From Carcharhinus longimanus (lineage: Eukaryota), in the NCBI GenBank assembly GCA_030264375.1, contig JASCQW010000122.1, positions 27,226,859 to 27,290,858 on the forward strand: DNA of 64,000 nt, in the 5' to 3' direction. This document shows, piece after piece, positions 26,173 through 39,189 of this stretch. The notes under the pieces were generated by a model. It ran no database searches. It worked only from the letters and a program-made list of their open reading frames with translations, and was not told the origin of the DNA. Position 1 is the stretch's first letter. Every line of letters starts with the position of its first letter. Both the position numbers and the translations under genes were made by a program.

Positions 26173-27059
26173 GAAATGACCAAGCTGGATAAAAGGTCCT
26201 ACCATTCTTCAGTGATGTCAAAAAAGCCTGCTGAAGGCCTTAAAACTGAAAATGTACAAAAGAAATCAAATGTCTGACAAAATTCCATGACTCTCTCTAA
26301 ACCTGCTGTGAAAATTACTAGTTCAACTATTCAAGGAGTCAGAAACTCAGAATGTTAATAATAAAGGAACATTAGCTTGACGATAAAGTATTAAGAGCAG
26401 TTGGAGGTGACTGAAAGCTTTCTGAAGTAACCATGCAGACGGAACCAGAGCAAGAGATATCACAGCAGACGGCAACAGTACTCAAGGCTGATGATAGAAC
26501 AAAAGAAAGCATTGCTTTGAAACAAAAAGACTTAGTTATAGCCAATAATGATACCATCAAGCTATGAAGAAGGATGCATGTTCTTGAACATAAATTTTAA
26601 ACTCCAGAATGACAAAGCGATTGCTCTTGCTCGGAGAGAACTGGACAAAGCTCGTGCTGAATGGGAAATTGAAAAGCAAAAGGAATTTATTGTGTCTTAT
26701 CACAAACATACCTTAACAATGTTCTTAATTTTATTTGACAGAAAAACAAGCTGCTCGAGCTGAAGGAGACGGTGTCAAACCCGGGTCTTCTGGAAAAGGA
26801 TACTGAGGTTTAAATCATGGACACCAACTGGCAGGTGGAAGTAATCCTTCATTTAAACAGAATGAGGACAATTCTGATGTGTGGCGACTTAAGATTTTCA
26901 TTACTGACTTGGACATTTAGAAAATGTGCGGACATGGAAGAGAATGGAGATCAAAAATTAAAACAGGAACACAGCGGATCAAAGACTGTGTTAAAAGGCT
27001 TTGATGGCAATGTTGTTCGTGACAGTGTACCAGACCAAACCAAGTATAAAATTTTCTAA
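26173..27059 (+). pseudogene. Decayed coiled-coil coding-like segment of unknown origin
   Basis: Acceptor-like tttctaacag at 26172. E/K-rich frames (TMQTEPEQEISQQ; KLQNDKAIALARRELDKARAEWEIEKQK; KNKLLELKETV) are broken by stops and frameshifts. Confidence 0.35.
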
Positions 27060-27398
27060 CCAAGGACATGGAAAAGCTGTAAAACTGCATACCATGAGAA
27101 AGGGCTTTTGCTGTGATGGATAACAGAGAGTGAACCCACTAGTAATAATGTAAATTCTCCTTTGTAAGAAAGCTAGAATTCTAAGAACTCATGCAAACTG
27201 GACTTTAAATCCTAACTCTCACATCCACTTAGTTGTTGTGAGCTAAGTATGATGATGTGGTCTGTGTTTTAATGGTGAAATGTCACATCAAGAGAAATTA
27301 TATTACTTGTACATAGTCAAGGTGCTTACATTGTTATGTTAAGATAGTGTTGTAGAGAAAATATTACTTTGTAAATTTTTCAGTTTTCGGGAGGAAGA

Positions 27399-28160
27399 GT
27401 TACGAATGTGAGGTTTTATAAAATGGTTATGTTTCAAACTGTCTCCTTTATTTCAAGGTAAAATTGGGTAGTGGAGATGAACATGCGACCTCCTATCCAT
27501 GTGACCGAGTTGTGATGGGGCAAGGGCACAGGTCAGGCCCTATTGAAAGCAATATGCAAATTTTTAATACTGGCGACAAAGAAAAAGCCAGTTGGAGAGA
27601 GGGGAAGCAAAAACTGCAGCTCTGAAAACATCAGAAAAAAGGGCTGTTTCCTGTTAACCACCAGACAGGTTGCTGGTGGGAATTCATTCTCTGGTTGAAA
27701 GGATAGGAGCAATGGAAGAGATTGGAAAATTTGCGCTGACATGGCCAGGGGAAGAAGTCACCAAACTGAACCCTGCTGCAGGAAACTCTTTTGGGAATTT
27801 TCAGAAGTCTGAGGAAAATGACTTTTGATGAATTGGACGTTATGACTCAATAGAACAGGGAAGCAAACTTGTTGGAAGCTTGGAGTAACATTGGATTCAT
27901 ATCTGTAAAGATTACAATTATGCTGAGACATATCTGTTTTTGTAACCTCATCTGCAGTTCTGCACGCAGTATTGCTCACCATACCAGAAGGATGCTATTA
28001 TCATCCCCTCAGGCACACTTTGGTTTATAGCTTTAAAACTAATTATTTAATATTTCATTGTTTGAACTTGGACATTTATACCATGGAATATGTATTTTCT
28101 TGCATGGCAGCTGTAAAATATCATAATTTGCCTAAACAATGTTAATTTTTTTCTTCACAG
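27399..28160 (+). mobile_element. LTR-like sequence preceded by a polypurine tract
   Basis: gggaggaaga at 27389-27398 directly precedes gttacg. The first ~90 bp resemble 25987-26084. Confidence 0.45.
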
Positions 28161-29518
28161 TTGAAATGGTGAATTAAAAATATATATTTATTTTGTTTGC
28201 TGGCAACAAGCACTTGCAAGCCAGTTGCCTAATTTACCAATGAAAGAAATCCAGGTTTAGGACCAAGACAATTCCTGTAATTTAATAGTTCATTGAGGAA
28301 ATTTTCAAATTAACCATTGGATTTGTATGTAGTGAGGTGAGAGATGGTTCAATTTAATAAATAAATATCCTTTATTCACACACATGTTGGAAGTTCACAT
28401 TATGAGGGGCATTGGAAATTCAAGTTAAATCTATTCGAGAATAGCACCTTTTCTGTTTCTGGTTTTGTTACTTGTACATCATCAAGTCTTTCCCTTTGAT
28501 AGGATAAATTGAATATTCCACTGTTCTCTACTACAGTTCCTTTGTTTACACATACTGAAACATCACAGGTTAAATACCACATTTTTATTCCAATTTATTT
28601 AATATTTTGCAGGCACTTTTAACAGCAATTCAGGAAAATGTATTCTGTTGATGTATCCAATCTTTGGCCGTCGTAACATCTGAAGCTTGAGTCTTACTGC
28701 CAGTGAATGGCTTTCAGCAGGATTATAAAAGGTGTCAGTTTTTTTTCCCAATAACGCTGAGGCAACGGCTGTGACTTCAAAACGCCTCAAAAAACATCAA
28801 CTCACTGTTGATTAATATCATGGGAACAAGCCATAGGTTAGAAATTGGTTCATGCCTAGCTTTGGCCATAAGCTCAACAGTGACGATGAACTGCAGTACT
28901 GAAACTAATGCGCAATGTAACACAATGTAGGTTTTAAATGAAACATTTCGTAGTTAAAAAAGCAACCTGATTGTGTCTTTTAGATGGGATCTTATGAAGT
29001 TGCTGTAGAATAGTGGACTCCAAAGTAGATTTAAAACTAAAAGGATTATCACCATGACCTAAAATGAACCTGCTAACATCCCCCAAGAACGTACAATCAT
29101 TTATTTAATAGAACTCACTGACCAAATCCTTTTTCATATACTATTTGTCATTTTCAGCATAAGGTGATCAATATCTTGGCTTTGAAATAAATAATATATT
29201 ACAACTGTCACAATAAGTTACATCATCTACAGCTGATCATATTTGAAGCGTAAAGCACAACATTGGCTAACATCGAATGTAAAAGTCCAGTTGGTTATAT
29301 TTTTTAAAGAAGGTTGTTGAGAACGGCAGATGAAACAATGCTATATTATTGCTCCCTCCATAACTATCTTAAGGAGATTTCATAATTTAGTCCCAAATTT
29401 GTCCTTGTATTTGGCACAGACACAATTGCCTAAGACCACACAGCATTCTCTATTGTAGCTTTACTACAATTTGGCATTGTGTCACCTCTGGTCTAAAGAA
29501 AATTAAAGTTAACACAGC

Positions 29519-30428
29519 AGGCGCTATTTTACCATTTGGCTTCTAAGTGCTGGGTGGACTTGAAACTGGGAGTGTTTCAGATCCAACTTTTAGATCTGTT
29601 CTCAGGCGTCCCCAAATGCACTCTGCCTGAAAAAATACCAGCAAAATAAAAGATAGAATGCTGTCCCCCTGCCACATCCCTCCTGGGCTGGATAATGCCT
29701 TTTCTGCCCCACTCAGACATTGTCCCATCCCCACAACATTACTGACCCCCTTATCCCCCTCATCCCCTCTGCCACCCAAACCAATCGTGGGCCCCTCCCT
29801 CTCTTCCCCCTCACTGATCTCAAGCAGGATAGCAGCAGAACGCACCCCCCCCAACTTCCCGCAGACCAATCTCAGCCAGGGTGGCAGCAGACCTCACCCT
29901 TCCCCCTCACCGATCTCAAGCAGAGTGGCAGTGGCCCCCCCCGTTTCCCTCACCGACCTCAGGCAGAGTACCAGAGACTTCCACCTCCCCCTTACTGATC
30001 TCNNNNNNNNNNNNNNNNNNNNNNNNNNNNNNNNNNNNNNNNNNNNNNNNNNNNNNNNNNNNNNNNNNNNNNNNNNNNNNNNNNNNNNNNNNNNNNNNNN
30101 NNNNNNNNNNNNNNNNNNNNNNNNNNNNTGACCTCCTCACTAACTGGAGAGCCCGAATCAGATTTTTATGGAGCATACCTGTTTCTGCCGATTCTGGAGG
30201 GGCAAACATGGTGGTAACGGGGAAAGTGCCAGTAAGGCTGGATGTGCAGCCCACTAAATCAATTTAAATGCATGCAAATATATTTAAATAGCCATCGTGA
30301 CCATTTTCGGGCCTTGGTAAAGGGGGAACCAGTGCGGAGGCAGGTGCGAATTGTGCTACTCACCGCAACCCAACTTTACCAAGTTTTCTGCCTGAAAATG
30401 GGTGCAACTTGGTGGTAAAATCAGGCTC
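29519..30428. mobile_element. GC-rich non-autonomous DNA element with an internal minisatellite
   Basis: Termini ggcgctattttacca / tggtaaaatcaggct. Internal ~45-50 bp C-rich units (ccccctcactgatctcaagcag) at 29800-30002. Contains an N gap. Confidence 0.55.
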
Positions 30429-31650
30429 AGTGTCTCAGAAATTCATTCCACTTAAAGAAGCATCACAGACCACACTAGTTAGATTTCAGTGTGTGCTGAT
30501 AGGTTGCACAGACGATGCAGATTATTTGCCTTGTTTTCACCAAATCCTGAAGCATCAGTGGCCCTGAGTCTCCGGCCATTCACGTCCTGCTGCCACTGCC
30601 AGTGAGAACAAAGAATCTGTTGGTCAGCAAAGGCTCAGTTCACTGTAGTGGTACCTGAGAATCCCAGCTGAGGTGAGGTCAGAAAATCCTGCCCAATATC
30701 TATGAACAGACACCCTACAAGCATTCAAAACAATGAAGAGCGTAACTTATTATGGAAAAGTACAACCTTGTGGGTACAAATTATATGGTCTGTTGAATGC
30801 CATCTCACTCACAGGGTGCCCTGGCACAATTATAATTGGAATATAGAATGGAACTCCACTTAAAGATGCCATTGTGCCTATTGTAAAGCAAAATATTGTC
30901 AACAGGCAATGGGAAGAATACATTGTTTTGTGCAGAGAAATATCTGTCGTAGCTATGAGAACATTGGTATCTGAAAAACAATAAAATATACAGCAGTGTT
31001 TTTCTGTCTGTTTGGAGGAAAGAAGAAAGAAAGGATAGATGTAATTAAAGACTGTATGGATCCCAATGTAAAGATTGGATTATTGTAGTTTTTCTTGCCA
31101 GTGTTTTGTATCTGCTGCTAATATGTTCCTGAAAAAAAATTGGTATTGATTTTTTTTCCACAGTCTTGCAAAAATGTAATGAGATACAAAACTGATTACC
31201 CAGATAATTTTGATGAGGTGAAGGGTTACACACTGGTTATCAATGTATAATCATCTTTATATATTAAAAATCATAAATACAAAGCAGTTTCATTTCTAAG
31301 GTAAAAGATTAGTGCAAACACACCCATCACATGATAGCATATACTTTCATTATTATCAGTTGCCCTTTCATCTATGTGATATTATTCTACCAATTTCAAC
31401 GTGCATGCATCACAATAAAAGAAAAGATCTCCAGCAACATCAATCAATACTAAAAAAGAATATAAAATTTTTGCTGATTAATTTGAGGATCATTGGATTG
31501 CGAGTTAGACCACTTCTGCTCTACCACTCAGCCACAGTTGCTTTTTGCTCCTGTCTTCTGCTGAAGCTGAAGACATATTTTGCTTGACTCCCTGCTGGTC
31601 AGTTCAATGAGACATCTCTTGTGTATAAAATAACAAAGAATACCGAGTTA

Positions 31651-31972
31651 TGTTACTGATCTTAACAAATTGTTAGCTTTAGTTATTAGGGGTCAGAGGT
31701 CTGACTTGTAAGATCTATATGCCAAAGTATTCTGTTTTATTTAATGTAAGGTCTATCTCGACAGTAAAAGCCACTAACAAGGTTGTTAGGAATGAGTTAA
31801 CATACCTTCCAATTAAGTCCTAATTTGATGTCAATTATTCAATAGAAGTCATTGGTATATAAAGGGGCCACAGGTAGCACTATTTTGTTGGTGGAGAATT
31901 GTGTGTGAAGTTGGAGTAAAGAAATAAAGATATTTCATGAAGAAACAGAACTTGTGTCACCTTCACAGCAAC
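31651..31972 (+). mobile_element. Probable solo LTR
   Basis: Starts tgttac, with TATA-like gtatataaag (about 31856) followed by aataaa (about 31923), in LTR order. Confidence 0.5.
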
Positions 31973-31999
31973 TGTGAGGCTCAAACAAAGGTATTCATG

Positions 32000-32178
32000 G
32001 AGAGAGAGTAAAGGCAATGTTTTGAATTGGATGACCCTTCATCAGACTTGAGAAGGGCCAACCAAACTCGAAATGTTGGACCTATTGTCTCTTCATAGAT
32101 GCTGTCAGACCTGCTGAGATTTTCCAGCATTTTCTGTTTTTATTTCAGATTCCAGCATTCAATATATTTTGCTTTTTA
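32000..32178. mobile_element. Penelope-like terminal fragments, inverted pair
   Basis: gatgctgtcagacctgctgagattttccagcattttctgtttttatttcagattccagca, with a short inverted partner at about 32000-32046. Confidence 0.65.
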
Positions 32179-33059
32179 ACAAGGTATTCATTGTTGCTTA
32201 GCACTGCTCTGAAGATTGTTCCTTCTGAAAACTTGGGGGGAAAAGCAACAAAATCAAGAGAAGCTTTTTTTTTGCTTTCTTGGCTTGTCAAGAGCAAATC
32301 ATGGACAAATTAAGAACAATTATTTGGGGCTAAGGATATAAATGAACGTAAATATTATGCTCCAAGTTAATTTGTGAACTTAACCCATGAGGATATTTTA
32401 AAATATCAACACAACTACTGGTGGGAAAGTTAAGCAATAGAAAGATAAAGAACAACAAATCTTAATCTCTAGGTCTCCTCAATTGCAAACACAAAATGAA
32501 TTCAGAATTTTGTAATAATGGTACTATTTGGTGCTGTCTGTGTTTATCCTCTACAAAGCACGTCCCATCGAAAGTGGAAGAAATTGGGACTTGTGTCCTA
32601 TCCATTTCTTTGTAGCACTGTTTTCCCATAATCTACCTTTCCAAGTTTACTTTTAGTTGTACCCTGTTATCCTTTCCTTGTCCAACATTTTCTACTTTGA
32701 TTTCAGTGACCTTGAGGTTCTGGTATACTATCACCTTTAATCCCTGCTCTATATTTTTCTTTCTGAATATCTCAGCAGATACACGTATATCAAAATCTTG
32801 CTGGAGTTTGCACTGGAGGGATCTTACGGTCCTGCTGATGGCACTCTCCCACTGAGGGTTTTCCAGTAGTGAGGGATGTGTTCAACAGGAAACTTCAGAC
32901 AATAGTGGGACCATAAGATCATGCTGCCAGTGAGTGATGTAGCACTTTCTGTCACCATGAAACACACTGTGGAGGGGCAGGAAAATCCCACCCATTGTGC
33001 CTTTATATTTTTACAATGTAAAACGGTATTTCTCTTTACATAAACTACTTTTTAAAAAA

Positions 33060-33410
33060 TTCTTACACAGGATGCAAGTGTTGTAGGCAAGGCCAGTATT
33101 TGTGCCTCATTCCTTATTGCCCTTGAGAAGGTGATGAGCTGCCACCTTGAACCACTGCAGTCCATGTGTTATAGGTAAACCAGCAGTGCTGTTAGGAAGG
33201 GAATTCCAGGATTTTGATGCAGCAAATGAAGCAATGGCGATTATAGATCCGAGTCAGGATGCTGTGCGGCTTGGAGGGGAACTGCAGATGGTCTTCCCAC
33301 GCATTCATGTTCTAGGTGGTAAAGATTGTGGGTTTGGAAGGTGCTGTCGAAGAAGCTTTGGTAGGTTCCTGCAGTGCACTTTAATTGATAAACACTGCTG
33401 CCATTGTATG
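33060..33410. mobile_element. Interspersed LINE-derived repeat fragment, family not assigned
   Basis: ggccagtatttgtgcctcattccttattgcccttgagaaggtgatgagctgccaccttgaaccactgcag. A related copy lies at about 48750-48880. Confidence 0.55.
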
Positions 33411-33849
33411 TTAAGGGATGCTATAAGTATTGGTACATTAAATATTGTATCAATACTTATATCATGTGAACTTTAGCCGGTGTAGTGATAAATCTGTTTT
33501 AAAGGGTTTTGTTTATTGGATATTGGTTTTGATTGGAATATCTGATATATGTTGGTTAAGGGTTATACGTTATTGTGATTGTTTTGATTTCACTTGTAAT
33601 TGATAAAAGCTATTGCTAATATTCATCCTGTATATGTTAACTATATTCTTAAATAACTTTGTTTGATAAGCTTCCTAGTGGATTTTTTGAATTACACCAG
33701 AAGTGAAACATCCCATGCTTATCCTAGCCAAAATGCAAAACTTATGATTCAAGCGGACTTCATAAAACACTTTGTAGCTTCTAACCTGAATTATAACAAA
33801 AGGAACAATTTTAGCATTGTGACACTCCATACCACATATCTTTTCTTCA

Positions 33850-35035
33850 TTTCCTCAATTTTAATTTGAAGTTCTAATAGTTCATTGGTTTCACTTTTTA
33901 ATTCTTTCAAGCAATTGTCCTGATTTATCAGAACATCTTTTCTTGTTCAAAGGATTTTCCCTGATACTTCATAAATACTTCTAATGCTTGAAATTCACCA
34001 GGTTTTAACTAAAGATTAACCTTTGCTAAGTTTGCTTTATCAAGTTTATCCTTTGGACATTTCAAGTTGTCAGTCAAATCTTCAACTTTCCCTGACTGAC
34101 TCTCAATAGTTCTCATCAATTCTTTTTTCATTCATAAACTCCTCTTTCATACATGAGTTGATTTTCTACATTACTCGGGTTTTCCTTCAATTTCTTTGTT
34201 ATGTGCAATAAATGTCTAAATTTTGACCAGAGTAGTTTTCAGAAGTTCATTAAGATCACCATGATCAACTGCCTGTTGCAATATAGTTGTCATCACATTA
34301 GTGTCTCCAGAAACCAAATCATTACCTGGAATGAAATCTATTCCTCCAATTGGTAATAAAGGAATGATACCCACTGTAATGATTCTGTTCACAAAGTTAC
34401 TTCTTGAATTAACTTCACACAAAGAAACAGGCTCATCCCTTCCATTAATAACTGTTACAAATACTTTTCCCTTTATGAAGCAATCTAGAACAGAATTTGT
34501 ATTAACAGCCACCATCAGTAATTGATCTGCTCCTGTCTTTCTTAAAATTTTAATTAGTTTTATTATTGTGTTAGATGAATAGGGGAATACTTCTGCCTTT
34601 GAAGCAAAACATCCAGAACCCCCAATAACCTGACTTCCTTCACCAATACTCAAATAATCTTCTGAACAATCTTGAATGCTATCCCATTTCCTCATTGATT
34701 CTGAAAGAGCGTGTTTTACCTGTACCACTGCTATAGTTTTCACAGCAATTCCCTTTCCACATGCTCCCTTTCCTACTATTGCAACTGGTCTCCTATTAAA
34801 TTTCCAACAATCTGCCTGCATATGTCTCACTTTGTTATAATTGAAACAGTTAGGTATCTGAATGTCACAAGATAATGGGGAAAAAAAAGTTTGGTTTTAT
34901 GGACCAGTTCATAATTGTCAGCCAGCTCTTCTGCCTGCCTGGCAGGCAGTTTTAACTTTTTGTTCCTCAACATGAGATCTAATAAGCAAATTAAGTGAAT
35001 CTTTAAATCCTTCTAAAATAATCACCTTGCTAAGG
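33850..35035 (-). mobile_element. Degenerate Gypsy gag-protease region
   Basis: Capsid-like HVEEQKVKTA/AEELADNYEL, zinc-knuckle remnant CFNYNKVRHMQADCWK, and protease-like IKILRKTGADQ (cf. LRDTGA) in ORF 34216-34830. Confidence 0.75.
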
Positions 35036-35039
35036 GCTG

Positions 35040-35440
35040 ACACACTTCACGACACAACAACGCAGAATTGCTGAGCAGAAACTGATAGCCAAGTTCTGCA
35101 CACATGAGGACGGCCTCAACTGGGATTTTGGATTAATGTCACACTATCTGTAATCCCCATGACTTGCCTGGGCTTGCAACATCTTGCTAACTGTCCTGGC
35201 TGGAGAGAATACACATTTCTTTAACTTTTACTTGGCCCTATCTCCACTCGCATTATTTCTATCTTTAAGACTTGATGTCCTGTAAACACTCGCGTTATCT
35301 TGTAAACTTGGTTTGTGTCTGTATATGCCCTGTTTGTGAACACAATTCCTTACTCACCTGATGAAAGAACAATGCTCTGAAAACTTGTGCTGCCAAATAA
35401 ACCTGTTAGATTTTAACCTGGTGTTGAGACTTCTTACTGT
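35040..35440 (+). mobile_element. Penelope-like element 3' end (GIY-YIG C-terminus plus pseudo-LTR with a hammerhead-like core)
   Basis: LHDTQQRRIAEQKLIAKFCTHEDGLNWDFGLMSHYL* followed by ctgatga (35358-35364)...gaaa (35379-35382) and aataaacctgttagattttaacctggtgttg. Confidence 0.8.
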
Positions 35441-35529
35441 ACTTTCTGTAAGCCAGTCAGAGTTAGAACTTCTATTTTTAAAAAAGCCTTAACATTTTCC
35501 AATGCCATTTTGTATTCTAATCATAAAAT

Positions 35530-35842
35530 ATATCTCACATAACTCCAATTGTGGCATAGTGGTTAGCACTGCTGCCTCTCAGCGCCAGGAACCTGGGTTT
35601 GTTTCCTGGTTTGGGTCACTGTCTGTGCAGAATCTGCACTTTCTCCTTGGGTCAACGTGGGTTTCTTCCGGGTGCTCTGGTTTCCTCCAACAGTCCAAAA
35701 GAAGTGCTGGTTAGGTGCATTGGCCATACAAATTCTCCTTCCGTGTACCCGAACAGGTGCCAGAGTGTGGCAACTAGGGTCTTTTCACAGTAGCTTCATT
35801 GCAATGTTAATGTAAGTCTACTTGTGACTAATAAATAAACTT
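35530..35842 (+). mobile_element. tRNA-derived SINE (tail type B)
   Basis: Head gtggcatagtggttagcactgctgcctc. Tail gtaagtctacttgtgactaataaataaacttt. Confidence 0.9.
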
Positions 35843-36040
35843 TTTTTCTTTTAATTGATTTAATTGAGTTGCCCGCTTAGTCCTTTTTAAGGATCCCACC
35901 ATTTAACGATAAATCCCAGATCAAGTTTTACTATTCAGAATCCAGTAACTTGGTTTCCATTTTCAAAATATGAATTACAACTAATCAGCATCAAATAACT
36001 CTGTCTCCACATTTTGAAATCCTGCAACAGCCCCCACTTT

Positions 36041-36465
36041 TGTTATGATCTCGGTTGGTATTATTACTGGGTGGGAAGATTCCAGAATGGAACCCTGGCT
36101 CAAAAGATCACAACCTACCCTTTTTTAGCAAATCTGGAGGAACAAAGTCACAAGACAACTAATTAGTTCTGGCAACAAGGAAAAAACAGATTTTACATGT
36201 TGATTATAATACAGTACGCTTTTCATCACCCCCCCCCCACCCCAGCTTTAAAAATATATACCACTTTTAAAAATAACACCCCACTCTGCACCAAATGGCT
36301 AATGCCACTCCAACCGATCTTCCATGGACTTCTCACAATCCCCCCTGATGATTATCACATGAATTTCCAAACAGCATTCCCAAAAAGATTTGCTTTAAAA
36401 TCATCTTTCAAACAATACTTTCCATCAACCGTTTCCATTAAAAATCCACTCCAAGTTTTCTAACA
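36041..36465. mobile_element. Probable solo LTR
   Basis: Bounded by tgtta...taaca. No clear target-site duplication. Confidence 0.4.
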
Positions 36466-36475
36466 ATCAGAATGC

Positions 36476-36654
36476 ACATAGAAACTCTACAGTGCAGAAA
36501 GAGGCCATTTGGCCCATTAAGTTTGCACCAACCACAACCCCACCCTGGCCCTATCCCCATATTTACCCACTAATCCCTCTAACCTACACATCTCACGACA
36601 CTAAGGGGCAATTTTAGCATGGCCAATCAACCTAACCCGCACATCTTTGGACTG
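36476..36654 (-). mobile_element. SINE 3' half (tail type A), truncated by an assembly gap
   Basis: catagaaactctacagtgcagaaagaggccatttggccc...acatctttggactg, then N. Confidence 0.85.
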
Positions 36655-36754
36655 NNNNNNNNNNNNNNNNNNNNNNNNNNNNNNNNNNNNNNNNNNNNNN
36701 NNNNNNNNNNNNNNNNNNNNNNNNNNNNNNNNNNNNNNNNNNNNNNNNNNNNNN
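36655..36754. other. Assembly gap of exactly 100 N (conventional unknown-size gap)
   Basis: Counted directly. Other gaps are at 8438-8499, 9028-9699, 15276-15410, 16601-16780, 18709-19098, 24539-24638 (also 100 N) and 30003-30128. Confidence 0.95.
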
Positions 36755-37043
36755 GACAAGGCGCAACAACTAATTGCACAGATAAACTTTTCCAACACTG
36801 CATCATTACATACTGCCAATTAATAAACAAGAGACCTTTTAACATCAAGAAAACACAAATTTAAAGTCTTGTTTGATTGTCGCATTGTTTATTACATGTA
36901 GAGAAATTAAAAAAAGGGTGATTGTTGCCCAGTAATCTCAGTTATGAATGGTTGTGTCTACCCTCACAGCTGAACTCACTACTAACAGCCGGGCCAGTTG
37001 TTCAATCACAGGTGTGACCCTCTACACAAAAGACATCCTGCTA

Positions 37044-37277
<234 letters not shown>

Positions 37278-37538
37278 TCACACAGACTTGTATATAAAAA
37301 TATAGCTTTCCCACTGCTATTTCCAAAATCCTTGTAGATACAAAGATAGAAAAGTTTCATCAGAAACAATGCCGAGGTTTAAGATAAGGAAATAACCAGT
37401 GTGAATTTCTGAAATGATTTGTTTACACAGTAACACCCTCCCCAAATTTAATTAAAACTCGGCCAGTGATCCCAGTCACTGAATCTGGTGCAGGAACTGT
37501 GCTCACGAGTGACACATCAAGGCAGTTCAGCTTCCTTC

Positions 37539-37852
37539 GGGTGGCACAGTGGTTAGCACTGCTGCCTCACTGCTCCAGGGACCCAGGTTTGATTCCCGGC
37601 TGGGGTCACTGTCTGAGTGGAGTCTGCACCTTCTCCCCATGTCTGCGTGGATTTTCTCTGGTTTCCTCCCACACTCCAAAAATGTGCGGGTTAGATTGAT
37701 TGATCGATCATTACTGTCACGGGATGCGTGGGTTAGAGGGATTACTGGGGTAAATACGTGAGGTTACAGGGATAGGGCTTGGGTGGGATTATCATCAGTG
37801 CAGGCTCAATGGGCTGAATGGCCTCCTTTTGCACTGTAGGGAATCTATGAAT
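37539..37852 (+). mobile_element. tRNA-derived SINE (tail type A) in a DNMT1 intron
   Basis: Head gggtggcacagtggttagcactgctgcctcac...ggtttgattcccgg. Tail gggctgaatggcctccttttgcactgtagggaatctatga. Confidence 0.92.
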
Positions 37853-38063
37853 CATTCCTTTGAACACCCACATCCCTCCCACTTACAATAACTTGTTGCT
37901 GTCTATAAAATCCAAACAAGACTGCGATAATGATTTGAGCCACAATACCAAATGAGAACATTTATATAATGACCTGCTTGTCAATCAGAGGACTAAACAG
38001 ATGAGCTAACCCAGTCTTACAGCAGTGAAAAGCAGCTAGATTTTAGCAACCTCCCCCACTGAC

Positions 38064-38346
38064 CTGAGATAAGAGACAACGAGGGAGTTCTTGAACTTGG
38101 AGTAAGTGCGGGAATTGAAGCGATTCATTCCACTGAAACCCTGGCATGGTGGCCCACCACAGAGCAACTCCACGTCACCTTTCTGCGGCAGCTTCTGCCC
38201 AAGGGAATTGGTCTTCTCCCCAGCCATGACAAGCTTCAGCAGAACATTACAGTCCTCAGTGAATACAGTTGCACCAGGATTATTCAGACGGAATGCCTGG
38301 GCTGCTGGGTCCCACATCTCAATAGCCCACAGAGTCTCGGAAATAC
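38064..38346 (-). CDS. DNMT1: DNMT1 internal exon (catalytic motif IV, PC), 283 nt
   Basis: [93 protein letters not shown](S), with the catalytic Cys intact. Acceptor ccacag|, donor cag|gtcag. Confidence 0.97.
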
Positions 38347-38739
38347 CTGTGGAAGGGAAAGTTAAAGAGTCTTACAGCACATCAGGCCACCATTTGGCCC
38401 ATCAGGCTGGTGCTGGCTCTACGAAAGAGCTTTCATTTTCGTCCCACATTCCAGTTCTCCCCTATAACCGATCAACTTACCGTCCAAACATTAGTCATAA
38501 TGTGTGCCTAACATAAGACACTTTCACTCAACTCTGACACGAACACGTTGTAATCATTATCTCGATTTATTAAATTAACTGAATTCTATGCAACTAAATG
38601 CATATAAAAATCCCCTCCATAGAAACAAAGTTAATTGTCTGAAGGCGTTTATTTATTTCAATGCCAAGTTCCAAAACAAAAGCCACTGTTCTTGCAATTT
38701 GAACTTGGGAGAGCCCCCCTCCCACTGAGCGCTTCCCCA

Positions 38740-39006
38740 CAGTACCAGGGACCTGGGTTCAATTCTGGCCTTGGACCAATGTGCGGAGTTTACACTTTGT
38801 CCCCTTATCTGTGTGGGTTACCTCCCACAGCCCTCTGATGTGCGGGTTAGGTGGACTGGCCATGATAAATTGACCCTGGTTTCAGGGGGATGAGCAGAGT
38901 AAATGTGGAGGGCTACAGGAATCAAGCCTGGGTGGGATTGTGGTTGGTACAGACTCAATGGGCCAAATGGCGTCCCTCAGTAGGGATTCGACGGTTTTTA
39001 TTCTAT
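38740..39006 (+). mobile_element. Degenerate SINE (tail type A)
   Basis: cagtaccagggacctgggttcaattc...gggccaaatggcgtccctcagtagggattc. Confidence 0.75.
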
Positions 39007-39189
39007 GGTGAATAAATCTTAAATCCATCACTGAGGAAGCAGAATTCTAATGCTTTTCCACATTATCAGGGCTGCCAAGATGAAGTAGCAACTTGCACAG
39101 AAAATCACCTGAAGGAGTGGATTACAAGAAGAGCAAGTCACAGAGTACATGGGTCAGACAACCAGAACTGGACACTTGTGTATGCACGG

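Noticed and set aside
29658-30002. Proline/serine-rich ORFs
   Set aside because: Translation of a C-rich minisatellite inside a non-autonomous element.
37539-37610. tRNA-like A/B boxes
   Set aside because: These are SINE heads followed by SINE body and tail. I could not support any complete tRNA gene.
38106-38516. 136-aa plus-strand ORF (and similar ORFs at 44464-44766 and 40352-40597)
   Set aside because: Antisense shadows of DNMT1 exons.
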